This document shows, one piece after another, positions 49,600 to 62,049 of a stretch of 64,000 nucleotides of DNA; positions within the stretch are counted from its first letter, which is position 1; each line of letters begins with the position of its first letter. This stretch comes from Lepidodermella squamata (taxonomy: Eukaryota > Animalia > Gastrotricha): assembly GCA_047495785.1 (NCBI GenBank), contig JBLDXI010000011.1, forward strand, positions 310,001 to 374,000, written 5' to 3'. Below the pieces are notes generated by a model that was not told the origin of the DNA, did no database searches, and saw only the letters and a list, made by a program, of their open reading frames with translations. The position numbers and the translations under genes were made by a program.

Positions 49600-51103
49600 A
49601 TCAAACTGAATACCTTAGTATCAAAATCGGTGAACTCTCGCGTTGGCTATTTTCGGTTGATGGGAAAATGCTGCTCTTATTCGTGTTTTCCTCCATAACA
49701 TAATCGAGATCTCTGCAAGTTCGCAAAACATGTTTATATCCCACTATTTAAAAACGACCTCAGAGTGTAAGAATACGTATGGGCAATGAAAGAATGAGAA
49801 TGTACCACACGGTGCGTCCAAAATGGTTCATTTCAAACATTTTGCACTAGACTAGTGCTCGCAAATGGATCCTTTGAACTCTGTAAACTTGAAGTTTGCT
49901 CGCAATATCAAGTACGTGTAACAATTTGATAATTATGCAGCGCAGTTCTTATTTTGAACTTTGAACTTCGTTTTTTGAAAATCATAATTTTCCAATTCAA
50001 CGTAGCACTATTTGCTATTTGTTTGGCGCTGTGTTCTGTATTTTTTAATTTTAGCGTAAAACAATCGATTTGCAGTAAGCGCAGGGGGGCGATCTCTTTT
50101 CCCGGATTATGAATTTTTCTTCAAGTCCGGTCGCCGCGTCGCCTCCTTTATGCTCTAGCACAAAAACTATGATGGATAGAGTGATTCTGGAAATTGCATT
50201 GAACTCAGAATGTACCCCCTTAGGGGTTATCTTGAGTCATCTTGGACATCTTTCTGGATCTCTAACCGTATCTCCTGAAAGCTTCTGATAATGATTTCCG
50301 TATTCTCTGAATGATCTTTTTGAGAAATTTATGTATTCTGTTGGTCTCAGACGATCTTCTTCCTTCATCCTAAGACATGATGTCCTTATATAGTGCTAAC
50401 TTACCCTGCGTGCCTCTCAAATGACTTCGGGTTAATATTATCTCTCAAAAAAATCTTTCCAATACGAAATCAAGAACGGAGAACACGAAATCAATATCAG
50501 AAGCTTCCAGGAGTTAGGCTATTTTCCATACCATTTTATTGAAAACGCGTTTAAGACAATCATTTTCCGCAAAAAAACAACTGTTTGGATCGCCTGCGAC
50601 GTATTTGAATGAACCAATAGGAGACGGATTTGCTATCCGCCTGAAAAGTGGTCACATAATATCAACGCTAACCAAGACTGAGTAAATAGTCGAGAAAGCC
50701 ATTATTTCTCATGATCTATTAATTTGACTTGTATACCCTCCCACTTTAACTATGGGGTAAATACCTACCCGAGCTCCCTCTCTCCTCAACAGTTATAAAG
50801 AAAGTTGAGCGGGGATCATTTTGCCGCGATGGAGACACGAAAAGCTGGGCACTGACTTTTTACCATTCCATAATATCGATTTTTATTCACATGTTTTTGC
50901 TTTCTCCGTGAGTTGACATACCAATGATTTATCGAAAACATTTAGCGATTACAACAATACAGAATTGGGTTGCTGCAATTAAATTCTCGGGGAAATACAA
51001 TCCTAATATTCTATGGATTTGCAAAGTACAGATAAATGACGCCGAGTCATGCTGCCTTTTCGACCGCCTTTTTCATCCCAAAGTCTTTACAATTTTCGGA
51101 AAA

Positions 51104-52684
51104 TCAGCCACTGAAGATGACGAAAGCAGCGTAGACATTAGTGGTGATGAAGTAGTCTAGCGCTAGTAGGAACACGCCGAGATCGCACGCCCTCAGCGGG
51201 CCAAGGTTCGGCACTAAAAGCATCGAATAATCGATGTCAGCTGACAGGAATCGCAATTTCGACGACAAAGTGCACGCCAACATGTCATAAACAGCGACAC
51301 TCGCCGTCAAACCGGTCAATAACAGCATGTACTGCGCCATTAGCACGTTTTGCGATGTTACTGGTACCTGAAAAAAAACAAAAATACCAAGTTCATAAAA
51401 AATTAATGAAATTGAATTTTTTAAATAATTTGGGAAATCAGAATTTTTTGAGAATTTTGAAAAAATTTCGGAATTTTTTAAAACGGCAAACCTCGCCCAA
51501 AACATCTGATTGTGCGACAATTAAGGCTAGCAAACATGTTCCACATAGAACCGGCCTATCGGGTAAATCCGGAGGCATGACGAATGACCCAAGAACCAGG
51601 CTGGTTAGAACCAAACACGGAGCTAGTAGGTTCGCGACGTAGTAACTTGGATTGCGATCGAAACGCAACTTGATCGAGGCGTAACTCGCGTCACCATTTC
51701 GCTGCAAGATCGAACGCGTCGAGCCGAACTTCATCGCGACGTCAACTGATGTCCACATTTTGTTGGACAACTTCTCTCGGCCTAGTAATTTAACCCCGCC
51801 GAAGGAGAGGTAACTCGTTGGTTGTTCGATGATGAACATCATTTCACATTGTTGTGAGTCGAAAGGGAATTTTCGTAGATCCAACTGGCATTTCGAGTCG
51901 AATGATCCGAGACGGGTCCAGTGGAAGTAGATTGTTCGGTTTGGTGTAGTCGGGTAGCAGACAACCTCGAAACGATCTGGCATGTCTTGCTTCGAGAGGA
52001 ATAGATCGTCCGAACTGTTAGCTAGGAGCAAGTCCGGTCGCCAGATTGCTGAGCCGTTTTCGGGGTTGAAGACCACTCGTTCTGTAGATTCAACCGCTGG
52101 AGTTGTGTAGTTGCTATCGCACGTGAAAACCGCCCATTGAAGCTTGAGGGAGGCGATGAGGGACAGTTGTTGGTTGATCGAGTCCAGAGAGGCGAGGCGT
52201 TCGGCTTTGAAGGTCAGGTAGACTTGGGTGCCCACAGCCGGGGCTTTGTTGTTAGGGGATAGATATGGGCACATGAGAAGGTCGTCGAAGCGAATGTTCG
52301 GATACAGACTGCCGTCGACTACTTCGGGGATCGGGAACGGCCGATCACTGATTTCGTTCATGCTCGTGTCTTGGGAACCAGATCCTGGAATGACTGATGA
52401 AATCTAAACGTTAATGAGTAGCGTAGAATGTTGTAGCCTATCTATGGAATAAGGAATACGAGACCCGATACCCTACGGTCTGTCAAGGCTTAGGTTGACG
52501 TATCACTTAAAGTCCTTCTCAACTATAGGTAGTTAGGTGGGTTGATAGTTGGTTGTTCGTTGCGTATAAAAGTGGGTGGTACCCAACATTCCTCACTTGA
52601 ACTGGCTGCCCGTTTCTGAAGCAAGCTTTACTTACCTGAAGATATAAGAAGCAGCGATAATAAGATTACAGTTCGAAATTGCAT
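51104..52684 (-). CDS. Gene E: Cys-loop channel subunit without lectin or stalk; exons 52684-52636, 52384-51492, 51367-51104
   Basis: MQFRTVILLSLLLISS signal exon; CQLDLRKFPFDSQQC; intron in the M2-M3 loop joins VLGE|VPVTSQ in frame. Confidence 0.85.
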
Positions 52685-53333
52685 TTTGAAATTAAAGTGA
52701 GCAATATTAAATCGTCAAAACCTGAAATATGATTATCAAATTAAATTCCTCCACGCTTTCGTTTGCCGTTCGTTTTTGCGCTTAGAAAATCAATTAACCC
52801 ATCAAATTTGCACTAGAAGCAGTAATTAGCAAATTATGTTGCGTTATTAGAATAAAATATTGCATGAATGAGACAGACAAAATAACTTTTCGTTGAATTT
52901 TGTTCAAACGCTTTTTGCGTTGATGAAAAATTGATTAAAAAGCTGAATGAAACGGTTCATATCCGACACATATTGAAAGAGTAATATCCTCCAGTTAGGG
53001 GGTGATCTCCGATCGAAGTATTACTTATGTTATTGGACCTCTCCACTGCTCACGGCCGGAGACCCAAAGAGGGACCCCTTGTAGCGATTTTCCATATCCT
53101 CATTGTTGAGCTCTTCGCTTGAGCTTCTCAATCGGTTAGCTCTCAACAGGTTTAATGTTGTGGCTGAGAAAGTATGATTCCCAAAGCTTTGACAATAATG
53201 CTTTAAATGTGTTGATATAAATCTTTCCATGAATGACAAAAAACCAATCGATATCAGCTTTTCTGGTTTTGTAACTTGAAACCTTCATGGGAATCAGGGA
53301 TCTATGTAAACATTTTTCGGGTAAGAATCTTTG

Positions 53334-54545
53334 TCACAATCTTTCATTGTTATAGCCTATTACACGGTAGGAAACAACCGTAATGCCATCTGATTGGCTT
53401 GCCCCATCGGTCTTCAAAATACAGCCATATCGATGCATAGCAAAATCAGCCAGAAACAGCCCATAAATTACAAAATAGGCGCAAACTTCAGCGTAGTAAA
53501 ACGCTGAGCTGAATAAAAGCAGAACAACAGCTGCGCTTGTTAAAATAATTAGGCTAAAATTGTGAACAGCCAGATTCAGAACCATCCATCGCTTTGAGTC
53601 ATGTGATTTGCTGGCGAATGGTTTGGCAAAAGCGAGAATAGAGAATCCATGGAGCATAAGCGACGTAGGGACCGTTACCAAAAATGGAGATAAATCCTCC
53701 ATTATCAGCAATCTCTCACGAGCTGGATCTACACTCTCAAGTAATCTCTCAATGGATCTATCGCTGTAGATATCCGCAAAAAAGGAGCTATAAAGTAGTA
53801 AAATTGAAAGAAAGATGGATAGAAACACGTGAATAGCCGATAAAATGGGGCCAACAAGTCGAAATTTGGGTCGGTAGACCAGGTATTTAGCGTAAACAGT
53901 TCTGCGTTGCGGACGGCCGTTCGACCTATTTCGACATCGAGACACGAGGCTGAAAGCTATTGGAACAGCCAATAATCCAATGGCGGCCACAATTTCGATA
54001 ATAAACAGTCTGTTGGCCTCGTTTTCCCCACTTTGCCGCAGACAGATTGCCAGAGAAATTTCAGTCGTGAGAATCAAGGCGAAATCGGCCAGGTATAAGA
54101 TCTGATCACGTGGGCCCTTGTCTGCAGCTGGAATAGACCACTCAGATGCAACATGAATAGCAAAAACTGAGTTGAGGATAGATCCAGTCATCGGCAGTAG
54201 AATCAATTCGACCTCATTGAAGCAATATTTGTAATTGCTGATCGCAATAGAGTCGTTTCTAGTGAAGTTGTCGCACCGAGCTAGACAAGATGAATCTGTG
54301 AAAAACGTGAAGGCTACAGCTGTTAACAAGCAAGCCTGGCCGATGCTTACAACGCAGAACACAAGTTTCACCACCCAACTCCGGATTGTTTCATCGAAGA
54401 CTGAAATTCGTTCTTCATATTCTTCATTTGTATTTGCTGGCGGTGGGGCTGGTATTGCTGTAGCTTCGATGAGGTTAGTGACTTGAACTACAGCTTCGTA
54501 GCTTGGGGGTGGCTCAACTTCGTAACTTGGTGGGCTCTCATTCAT
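53334..54545 (-). CDS. PPxY 8-TM family member P6 (most divergent)
   Basis: SPPSY...PPPSY; DSSCLARCD...YCF loop; FYYAE...ADFAMHR. Confidence 0.82.
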   Translation of the reverse strand: MNESPPSYEVEPPPSYEAVVQVTNLIEATAIPAPPPANTNEEYEERISVFDETIRSWVVKLVFCVVSIGQACLLTAVAFTFFTDSSCLARCDNFTRNDSIAISNYKYCFNEVELILLPMTGSILNSVFAIHVASEWSIPAADKGPRDQILYLADFALILTTEISLAICLRQSGENEANRLFIIEIVAAIGLLAVPIAFSLVSRCRNRSNGRPQRRTVYAKYLVYRPKFRLVGPILSAIHVFLSIFLSILLLYSSFFADIYSDRSIERLLESVDPARERLLIMEDLSPFLVTVPTSLMLHGFSILAFAKPFASKSHDSKRWMVLNLAVHNFSLIILTSAAVVLLLFSSAFYYAEVCAYFVIYGLFLADFAMHRYGCILKTDGASQSDGITVVSYRVIGYNNERL

Positions 54546-55159
54546 TGTGATGCCGATAAGACAGGCTATTCTCAACAATTGCTTGTAAGCTCAATCTTTT
54601 AGCGATAAGAACGTTTCTGATAAAAGCCTGCTCTGCACGCGATGAATCATACCTTATCCCTGTTAGTTAATAATCTCGTTTAGTTACCAGGTTTCCCAGT
54701 GTGCGAAGTACCGGGGGTTACCGTAACCTCCACTAAGGCAAGAAAACGCAAATAAGCCCATTCATAGCGCAGCCACTTTTTACCGAGGCCGAGAAAATCT
54801 CACAATTGAACCCTTAATTTAAATAATTGAACGCGAACGGATTTTTCGGCGAATATTTTTAATTTTGGAAATGAAAAATATTAGCCCAAAAAGTTTGTCC
54901 TCTTGGGCGGGTAGGTCGTTTGTTCTATTGTGCGATTTTCTCGGCTACGGTAAAAAGTGGCTGCGCTATGCATTGGGGAACCTTTTGGTCAGACTGAAGA
55001 CGCTTACTCCCCACATCGAGGATAACACTTCATCCATCGAAGTTCGTTTCTTACAATGTCTTCTTTGTTGATAGCGAAGTATCAAATATTGGGGGGTACC
55101 TCGTAAATTTTATTACACATTAAACGCCATTCATTTTCCTGATTTCCATTCCTGAGAGA

Positions 55160-57684
55160 TCAGACCATGCTGTTGAGGTAGCCTATTACTTTGAATGCAC
55201 TTTCTTCCAATATTGCCCAATGAGCCACATCCAAAGACGTGGTATTATGCGTCAGCAGACTAGACCGTTTCGTTCTGTTCACCGTAACGATGAGAAGCTG
55301 GCATTTGACACTGTTTGCAAGAGCTAGCAACGATTGAAATCTTTCGACATCGTCAGGCGCTGATGAAGCTATCATAATCACAACTCGTTTAAAATTTGAA
55401 GAATCTATGGAACAAAAATTAGGGTTCTATTTTGAACCTAAAACCTGAACAATCAACCTTCTGTTGTGAATGCCGGTGCCTGCAAGGTCTTGAAAATGCC
55501 GTTCGTTAGATTGTCGCGACCTCCGAAGTAAAGCGTGGAGTTATTCAAATTTTCAGCTAATAGGACTGTCTGATCCGGTTGCCTAGAGACTCTGTACCCA
55601 CTCGTCCTGCCGCCAAAACTTATCAAGCCAACCTAGAAAATACAAGCATCCTGATTTGAAATTTGAAAGAGAGTTTTCATGAACAGCATCAAATTTTAAT
55701 CCTATCTACTATGATCTAATCCCAAAAATACTTGCATTATTATTTCAATTATTATTTCAAACGACTGAGTGCTTTCTAAAGATACCTGCGATGTCGGAAG
55801 TGAAATTTGGCTCCTCAATCGCCGATAAATTAGAGCGACAAAAGCTTTGATTGCAGTGAGTTGTAATATTGGGACTCGAAGAGATGTGTCTATAGCAAAA
55901 TACACGTCCAAGTTGCGATCGACGGCTGTGGGAAAATAAAACAGATACTGTAATTTTTAATCCACAGAATTAACAAAAAACGAGACAACGGTTCCACGGA
56001 ATTCATTGATTTTGCCGGACAAATTTGGCTTGAATTGGTATAATTCTTTAATTTTTAGCGCGTTTCCTCATTCCAGCCTCATCTTTTTTAAGTTTTTGAT
56101 TCATTTAAGTGACCGTCCTCTATTTCTAATAACTGAATTTACCTTCTAAAGTGCAGTTCGAGCTACAGCCATCGCCATCCACCTGATTACCATCATCGCA
56201 CTCTTCTGATAGTGCAGCGTCAAACTTATTGTCCCCGCAACTCGTTGATAGTGTCGCCGATCGCTGCTGCGTCTGAGCCAGGGTTGTAATGGCAGAAGTG
56301 CTGCTACGCGTAGTTGATGTCGATTGCGTCGATTGAGAAGTTACTGTACTAGGGTAAGTTGTAGAACTCGTGGAAGTTACGCTTGACTGTGTTGTCATGG
56401 TTGTATCTTGAGCCGATGTTTTCGTGGTTGTTGTTGTTGATGATGAAGAGGAAGTCCTAGGTGTTGTAGATGTCTCTGTGGAGCTTGTGGCCTCTGTTGT
56501 AGGCGGGCTTGTTGTTGCTGGCGTTGTAGTAGATGGGGTTGTTGTTGTTGCAGTCGTTGATGTTATTGTAGATGTGGTTGTAGATGAAGTACTTGTGCTG
56601 CTTGAACTTGAACTGGTTGCATCTTGGCCCGGGCTGAGAACCCAAAAGCTGAATTTGGTAAGCCTAACGCCCGCATTCGCGTTGTCGGCTGCCAGTAATC
56701 GTATAACATTGGAACTGAATTTGATAGTGTTCCCCAATCCTGGGCAGCTCATGCCAGATATGCCGATATAAGCGGTAGAGTCTGATGCTGTCGCAACCGC
56801 AAACTTGATTTTTACATCATTTTAATTTTAATTTAATTTATTTGATTTTTATATACTTTTCACAAAATTTCTCATCGCTAACTTACTGTCAATGAGTCGT
56901 TTGCGGACTGGAAAATTAGTATTAAATCCGCAGAGCCATTCGCGGGCATAAGATTCGCAGCTGTTATAGAGCCGAAATGCGTTCCAGAGTTGACAATCCG
57001 CTCATGAGCTGTCGGTCCATTCGGCCGGTAAGCCCCTAGAAGATCTATCGGAACGTCCGCCCTGAGCTTAAGCCACATCGCCACACCGGTCAGACCTGAA
57101 ACTGTTATCGGCATAGCTGATGTGTCTGAAATTTCAGGTAAATTTCAAATAGGGTTAAAGATAGCAAGAACTCACTCGGCGAGAGGCCAGACGTTGTGAA
57201 AACTATGCCTAACCAGCCGAAACTTCCATTCGACCTGTACCGAGCTTGAAGACTCAACTCCGCACGCCAGTACAACGGAGCTGACCCTGCAAACTTTTCA
57301 ATAAGCCATAGAGATTCCTACTTATAGCTAAACTTTGGGAAAAGTATCGCTTTTACCATGGTTGTAGAACGCATCGAGCCGAATGGAATTTCCGCCTGGG
57401 TGAAATTCGCCATTTGAACGTAACCGGCGAACTCAACCGCTGCATGACCGATCAACCATGCCGTGGATAGACTCATGTTATTGGTTTTGTCGAATGATAG
57501 CGATGGGATGTACGTTGAGTTCGCGTAGCCAGTTGGCGTGGCTAACAAGTTGGCTGATGGAGCTGGGTCGATGCATCGAACGCCTGGTTTAGAAGAAATA
57601 GAAACTGTTTATGAACCTGTTTTCCACTCACTAACCATTCTGGTGAAAATACGGCAGGAATAGTAGAATCAGGCTGCCTCGCAT
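55160..57684 (-). CDS. Gene J: secreted lectin-like + Thr stalk + Cys repeat + VWA protein; exons 57684-57636, 57583-57357, 57293-57176, 57125-56887, 56803-56143, 55925-55786, 55632-~55458, 55404-55160
   Basis: In-frame GT-AG junctions; CGDNKFDAALSEECDDGNQVDGDGCSSNCTLE; DVYFAIDTS VWA start; paralog of gene K. Confidence 0.8.
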
Positions 57685-58574
57685 GGCACGACTTTTTCTG
57701 AACAGCGAGATAATGAATGTATGTATTAGAGCAAAACTTGAGTAAACATGTTTTCTAATTTCTAATGCGCAATGCGTGAAAATCTGAGAATTTAACCTAG
57801 ATCGCGTATGCGAACGACCAAATGAGTTGAAAGTAACAGGAATTGATTTTTCTCCCGTGCCTCGCTGCTTTAGTAGCTGAGTGCAAGCATTAATATTCTG
57901 TGCGTGCTGTGTCGGCCTGAGTTTATGACTACAATTGACACGCCTCGTTCAACCCACAGACGTCGTTGAAGTTTACGCCAGTTTTAAGGTAAAAAATGAG
58001 AAAAATAGCGTTTTCACTACGAAAGTGAAAATCAAAGCTAGGTATATATACGTTTCACCTCATGTCTTGAGACTGACGTGGCCTTGAAGCAGCTTAAATC
58101 AGCGACGCAACGAAATTCTTCTTGACCTGAAGTCTTAAAGTGCCTAGCTTAATTGGGGGCTATAACTATAGGACTAATCCTTTGGGCTCGACACTAGCCA
58201 CAATGGATAGGTGAGTTACCGTTTGCTTACAGGTTGAATCAACACCACCAAACCCGTCCTGGTTACAGAGAACCAACATTTCAAAGTCTATATCTTTACA
58301 AGAATAGACAGAGAATGTTCATAATGAAATCGAATTGAGATGAATTAGCAGTTTCTCATGCTTTGACGCAGTGGAAGGCGAATATACTAGATAGCAATTT
58401 TTCTGCAGGTGTGCAGGTGTTTGATCGGATATGGAAAGTTTGCTCTGGCTTTATTGGATGAATGGATTATGGATAGAAATTCGTTGAAATTATTAACTCG
58501 ACATGTTTCGATCTGAAGAGTAGGCGTGAAGTGAGTTCTCTGACGTATCTCGCTATAAGAAGGAGTTTATTGCA

Positions 58575-59787
58575 ATGTTGAGGACCTTTCAACTGCAGCT
58601 CGTGGTCTTAGAACTGACTTTAGCTGCTGTTAGCAGGGCGGATCTCCTATTCGAAGAAAGCGAATTAATCATTGAAATATTCAAATATTCGTGCCCATAC
58701 GCTCTGTATAAATGGCTACCTAACCATCTATCAAGTGGCACTGATAGATTGGACATGGAGATTGACGTGGATATAAAGCTAACACCGCCTGTCGAAATTC
58801 GTGAAACAAGCCGTCAAATGAGCGTTCTCATTGACTTCACAGTGACATGGTATTGGCCGTGCGACCTCGATGCTTTCTGCAATAAGATTAAAGATGCTAT
58901 TAACATCACTGATTGCCCGCCTTCGGAATTTAAATTCTTTTTTGATGCGTCGCCCAACGAAGTTTGGCATACTTCGGTTATCCACTTGAATGCGGTATCC
59001 AACCCCATGGTCATGATAGAGTGAGATTGAATAAATTTTTAGCCTTAGAATTTCAATTAATCCTTTGTTTAGGTCCTCCACGCAGACTCCCGTGCAAATC
59101 CACCCGTTTCATGGCTATTCACAGGGAGGATCTTCAGCCAAGTTGGAATCACACTGTTTAGAAAACTCGCGAATAGCTCAATTTCCTTTCGATAGCTTCG
59201 AATGCAATGTAGATGTTACGGGATATTTTGGTTCCGAAATACTGAACCACAAAGTCGATGTCGAATTCAAGCCTGGCGATGATGTCAGCAGTGTCTGGAC
59301 TTTCATAGGGTACAATCATTCATCTGGCGACAACAGCGTCTTTATTCAGCTGTCCTTCAAGCGCAAACCGGGTTTCATTCTCCAACAAGTCATCGTGCCT
59401 TGTTACATTCTTGCTGGGCTTCAGCTTTTGGGCCTGATCATGCCTGCTAAAATGCCAGATCGGCCGATGTACAGCATCACCGTTCTACTTGCTTTTTTCG
59501 TCATTCTCGGCATGATTTTCGCAGCCATTCCGCCGTCCCCGGAACCAGTTTATCTTGCAATCTTGATCGAGACAAAAATAGGCATCGGAGCTTTGATAAC
59601 CCTGTACACGCTTGTGACGCTGCGATTTGCAAAAACCAAGCTATTAAAGCGAATTGTGGGGCGGGTGTTTCACGTGCCATTCAGAGTCATCAACATCATG
59701 GACCTTACAGCCGCGTGCTTCTTCGTAGCTTTATCTGGTGTAATCGATGCAGTTTTGTTTTCGAAATTGCTGCAACGCAATAGTTGA
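58575..59787 (+). CDS. Gene F: divergent Cys-loop channel subunit, second clade; exons 58575-59020, 59073-59787
   Basis: Signal peptide; CLENSRIAQFPFDSFEC; M2 DRPMYSITVLLAFF; phase-2 intron. Confidence 0.88.
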
Positions 59788-60387
59788 TCTTAATGCTAAA
59801 TGCTTATCTATCGAACAAACTATCGAATTTCATTCATAACACTTCTCACTCTTGAAAGATCCCATACAAAGCGCGAAATAGGATCCTCGAACTACGGGAT
59901 ATTTTCAGGCCCCTTCGGCCTGTGATTTTTTGGGGGTTTTTCCACTTTGGCCTGCGGAACTGGGGGGTACGATACCAACCCTCATTCCCCCCGTACTTCG
60001 CCGCCTGATTTCATATCTGAAAATACCCACACCTACGTTTTACTGGCTGAATTTCTCTAAATCAGCATCAAGTAACATAGCTGCGTTGCATGTTTGAAGG
60101 TCCACCCGAATCCGCCCGGATTATGCAAAACCGAGAACTGCGCAAAAATAACTGTATCGCCTAATCAATAAAAAACCAAAACTTTGCTGCGGGATTTCTG
60201 TAGGTGTGTTTTTATTTGATCGGATGTGCATAGAGTTAGCACCAACCTGCATGAAAGTCACATGAAAGATTCATATCCTTTGGAAATTAATACTCTCCAC
60301 AATCCGAAGAGCAAGCAGTCAGGCCAGGTTTCTAGTATAAAATTCTTGACATTTCCAGCTGTAAAGGCAGTGGCTACTAAGAAGATA

Positions 60388-61591
60388 ATGCTTTTATCGA
60401 CAATTATTCAACTGATACTGGTGATCGCCAGCACTACTGTGAGCAGGGCGGATCTCCTATTCGAAGAAAGCGAATTAATCATTGAAATATTCAAATATTC
60501 GTGCCCATACGCTATGTACAAGTGGCTACCTAACCATCAATCATATGGCAGCAATAACTTGGAAATTAATATTTTCCCGGACATATCATTAATGGCACCT
60601 GTTGACATTCGGGAAACAAGCCGTCAGATGGGGGTTCTCGTTGACTTTTCAGTGACATGGTATTGGCCATGCGACTTTGACGCCTTCTGCGAGAAAATCA
60701 AAGCAAGCAACATCACAGAGTGCACATTCTCGGCAGATGATAATCTCTTCGTGCTCGAGCAAATGGAGAAAGTATGGACTCCAGCGATTTACCACGATAA
60801 TTCGGTTTCCAGCCCAAGGGCCATTTTAGAGTAAGATTGTTCAGAATTTCGTAACTTTTGACTGACATCCTTTTTTCAGATCAATGGCCAAATCAGACGT
60901 AGAAATCTTCCCATTTCTCGGCTATTCGGTGTGGGGCACATCAATGAAGCTAGAATCGCACTGTTTGGAGAATTCAGAAATATCTCGATTTCCTTTTGAT
61001 AGCTTCAAATGCTCCATTTATATTGCGGGGAGCGCTGGCTCTTACATTTACAATTACGTAGCCAAAGTCGAATTTGAAGCAGGTGAGGATGTCGGCAATG
61101 TTTGGACTTTCATGCGTTACAATGATTCATTTGTTGGCGGGAATGGATTCTCCATTCATCTGTCCTTCAAGCGCAAACCGGGTTTCACTATTCAACAAGT
61201 CATCGTGCCTTGTTACATACTTGCTGGGCTGCAAATTCTGAGTCTTATCATGCCTGCTAAAATGGCCGACCGGCCTGTCTACAACATCACAGTCCTACTC
61301 GCGTTTTTCGTCATTCTCGGCATGATTTTCGCCGCGATTCCGCCATCACCGGAGCCAATTTACCTGGTGATTTTGATCGAGACAAAAATCGGCATTGGCG
61401 CTGTCATCACTTTGTACACACTGGTCACGCTGAGTTTCGCGAAAAGCAGACTATCCAAGCGTATTGTGGTGCGGATATTTTTCATGCCATTCAGAATCAT
61501 CAACCTCATGGATATGGCAGCTGTGTGTTTTTTCGTAGCTTTATCTGGCGTCATCGATGCAGTTCTCTTCTGCAAAATGCTCGAGTGCTAA
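60388..61591 (+). CDS. Gene G: tandem paralog of F; exons 60388-60830, 60880-61591
   Basis: CLENSEISRFPFDSFKC; DRPVYNITVLLAFF; same intron. Confidence 0.88.
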
Positions 61592-62049
61592 TCTTTGAAG
61601 GTTTTGAAGCTTATTCGCCCATTTCCCTGTTGAAATAAATTCTTTACTTTCATTTTTCAATCATTTCTGAAACACGATGAACAGCAAGAATTTTTCTGCC
61701 TCCATCTCCACAAAAACCCGATTCTTTATTTGCTTGAAATCGGACTGCGAAACGAAGTCTCGAGGACCTTAAGCCTTAAGCAATCATTCCAGCATCGGCG
61801 AGCAAAGCTGACTGCACAAGCCATCTAACGGCGCATTCAATAAATATGAAAAGTTTGAGTTACTATTCAGTTACCTTGATGATTTCGCACTTATTATTGA
61901 TCGGACTATTTGAACGGATATGAAAAATTGCTCGAAAACGGCCTTTATTGAAATGGCCTTCATAGTACACGATTTCATCATTCACGCATGATTTTCATTC
62001 GGGTAGGTATAAACTCCAGTCTGCCATTACTAGCTGGGAAAATCAAAGA

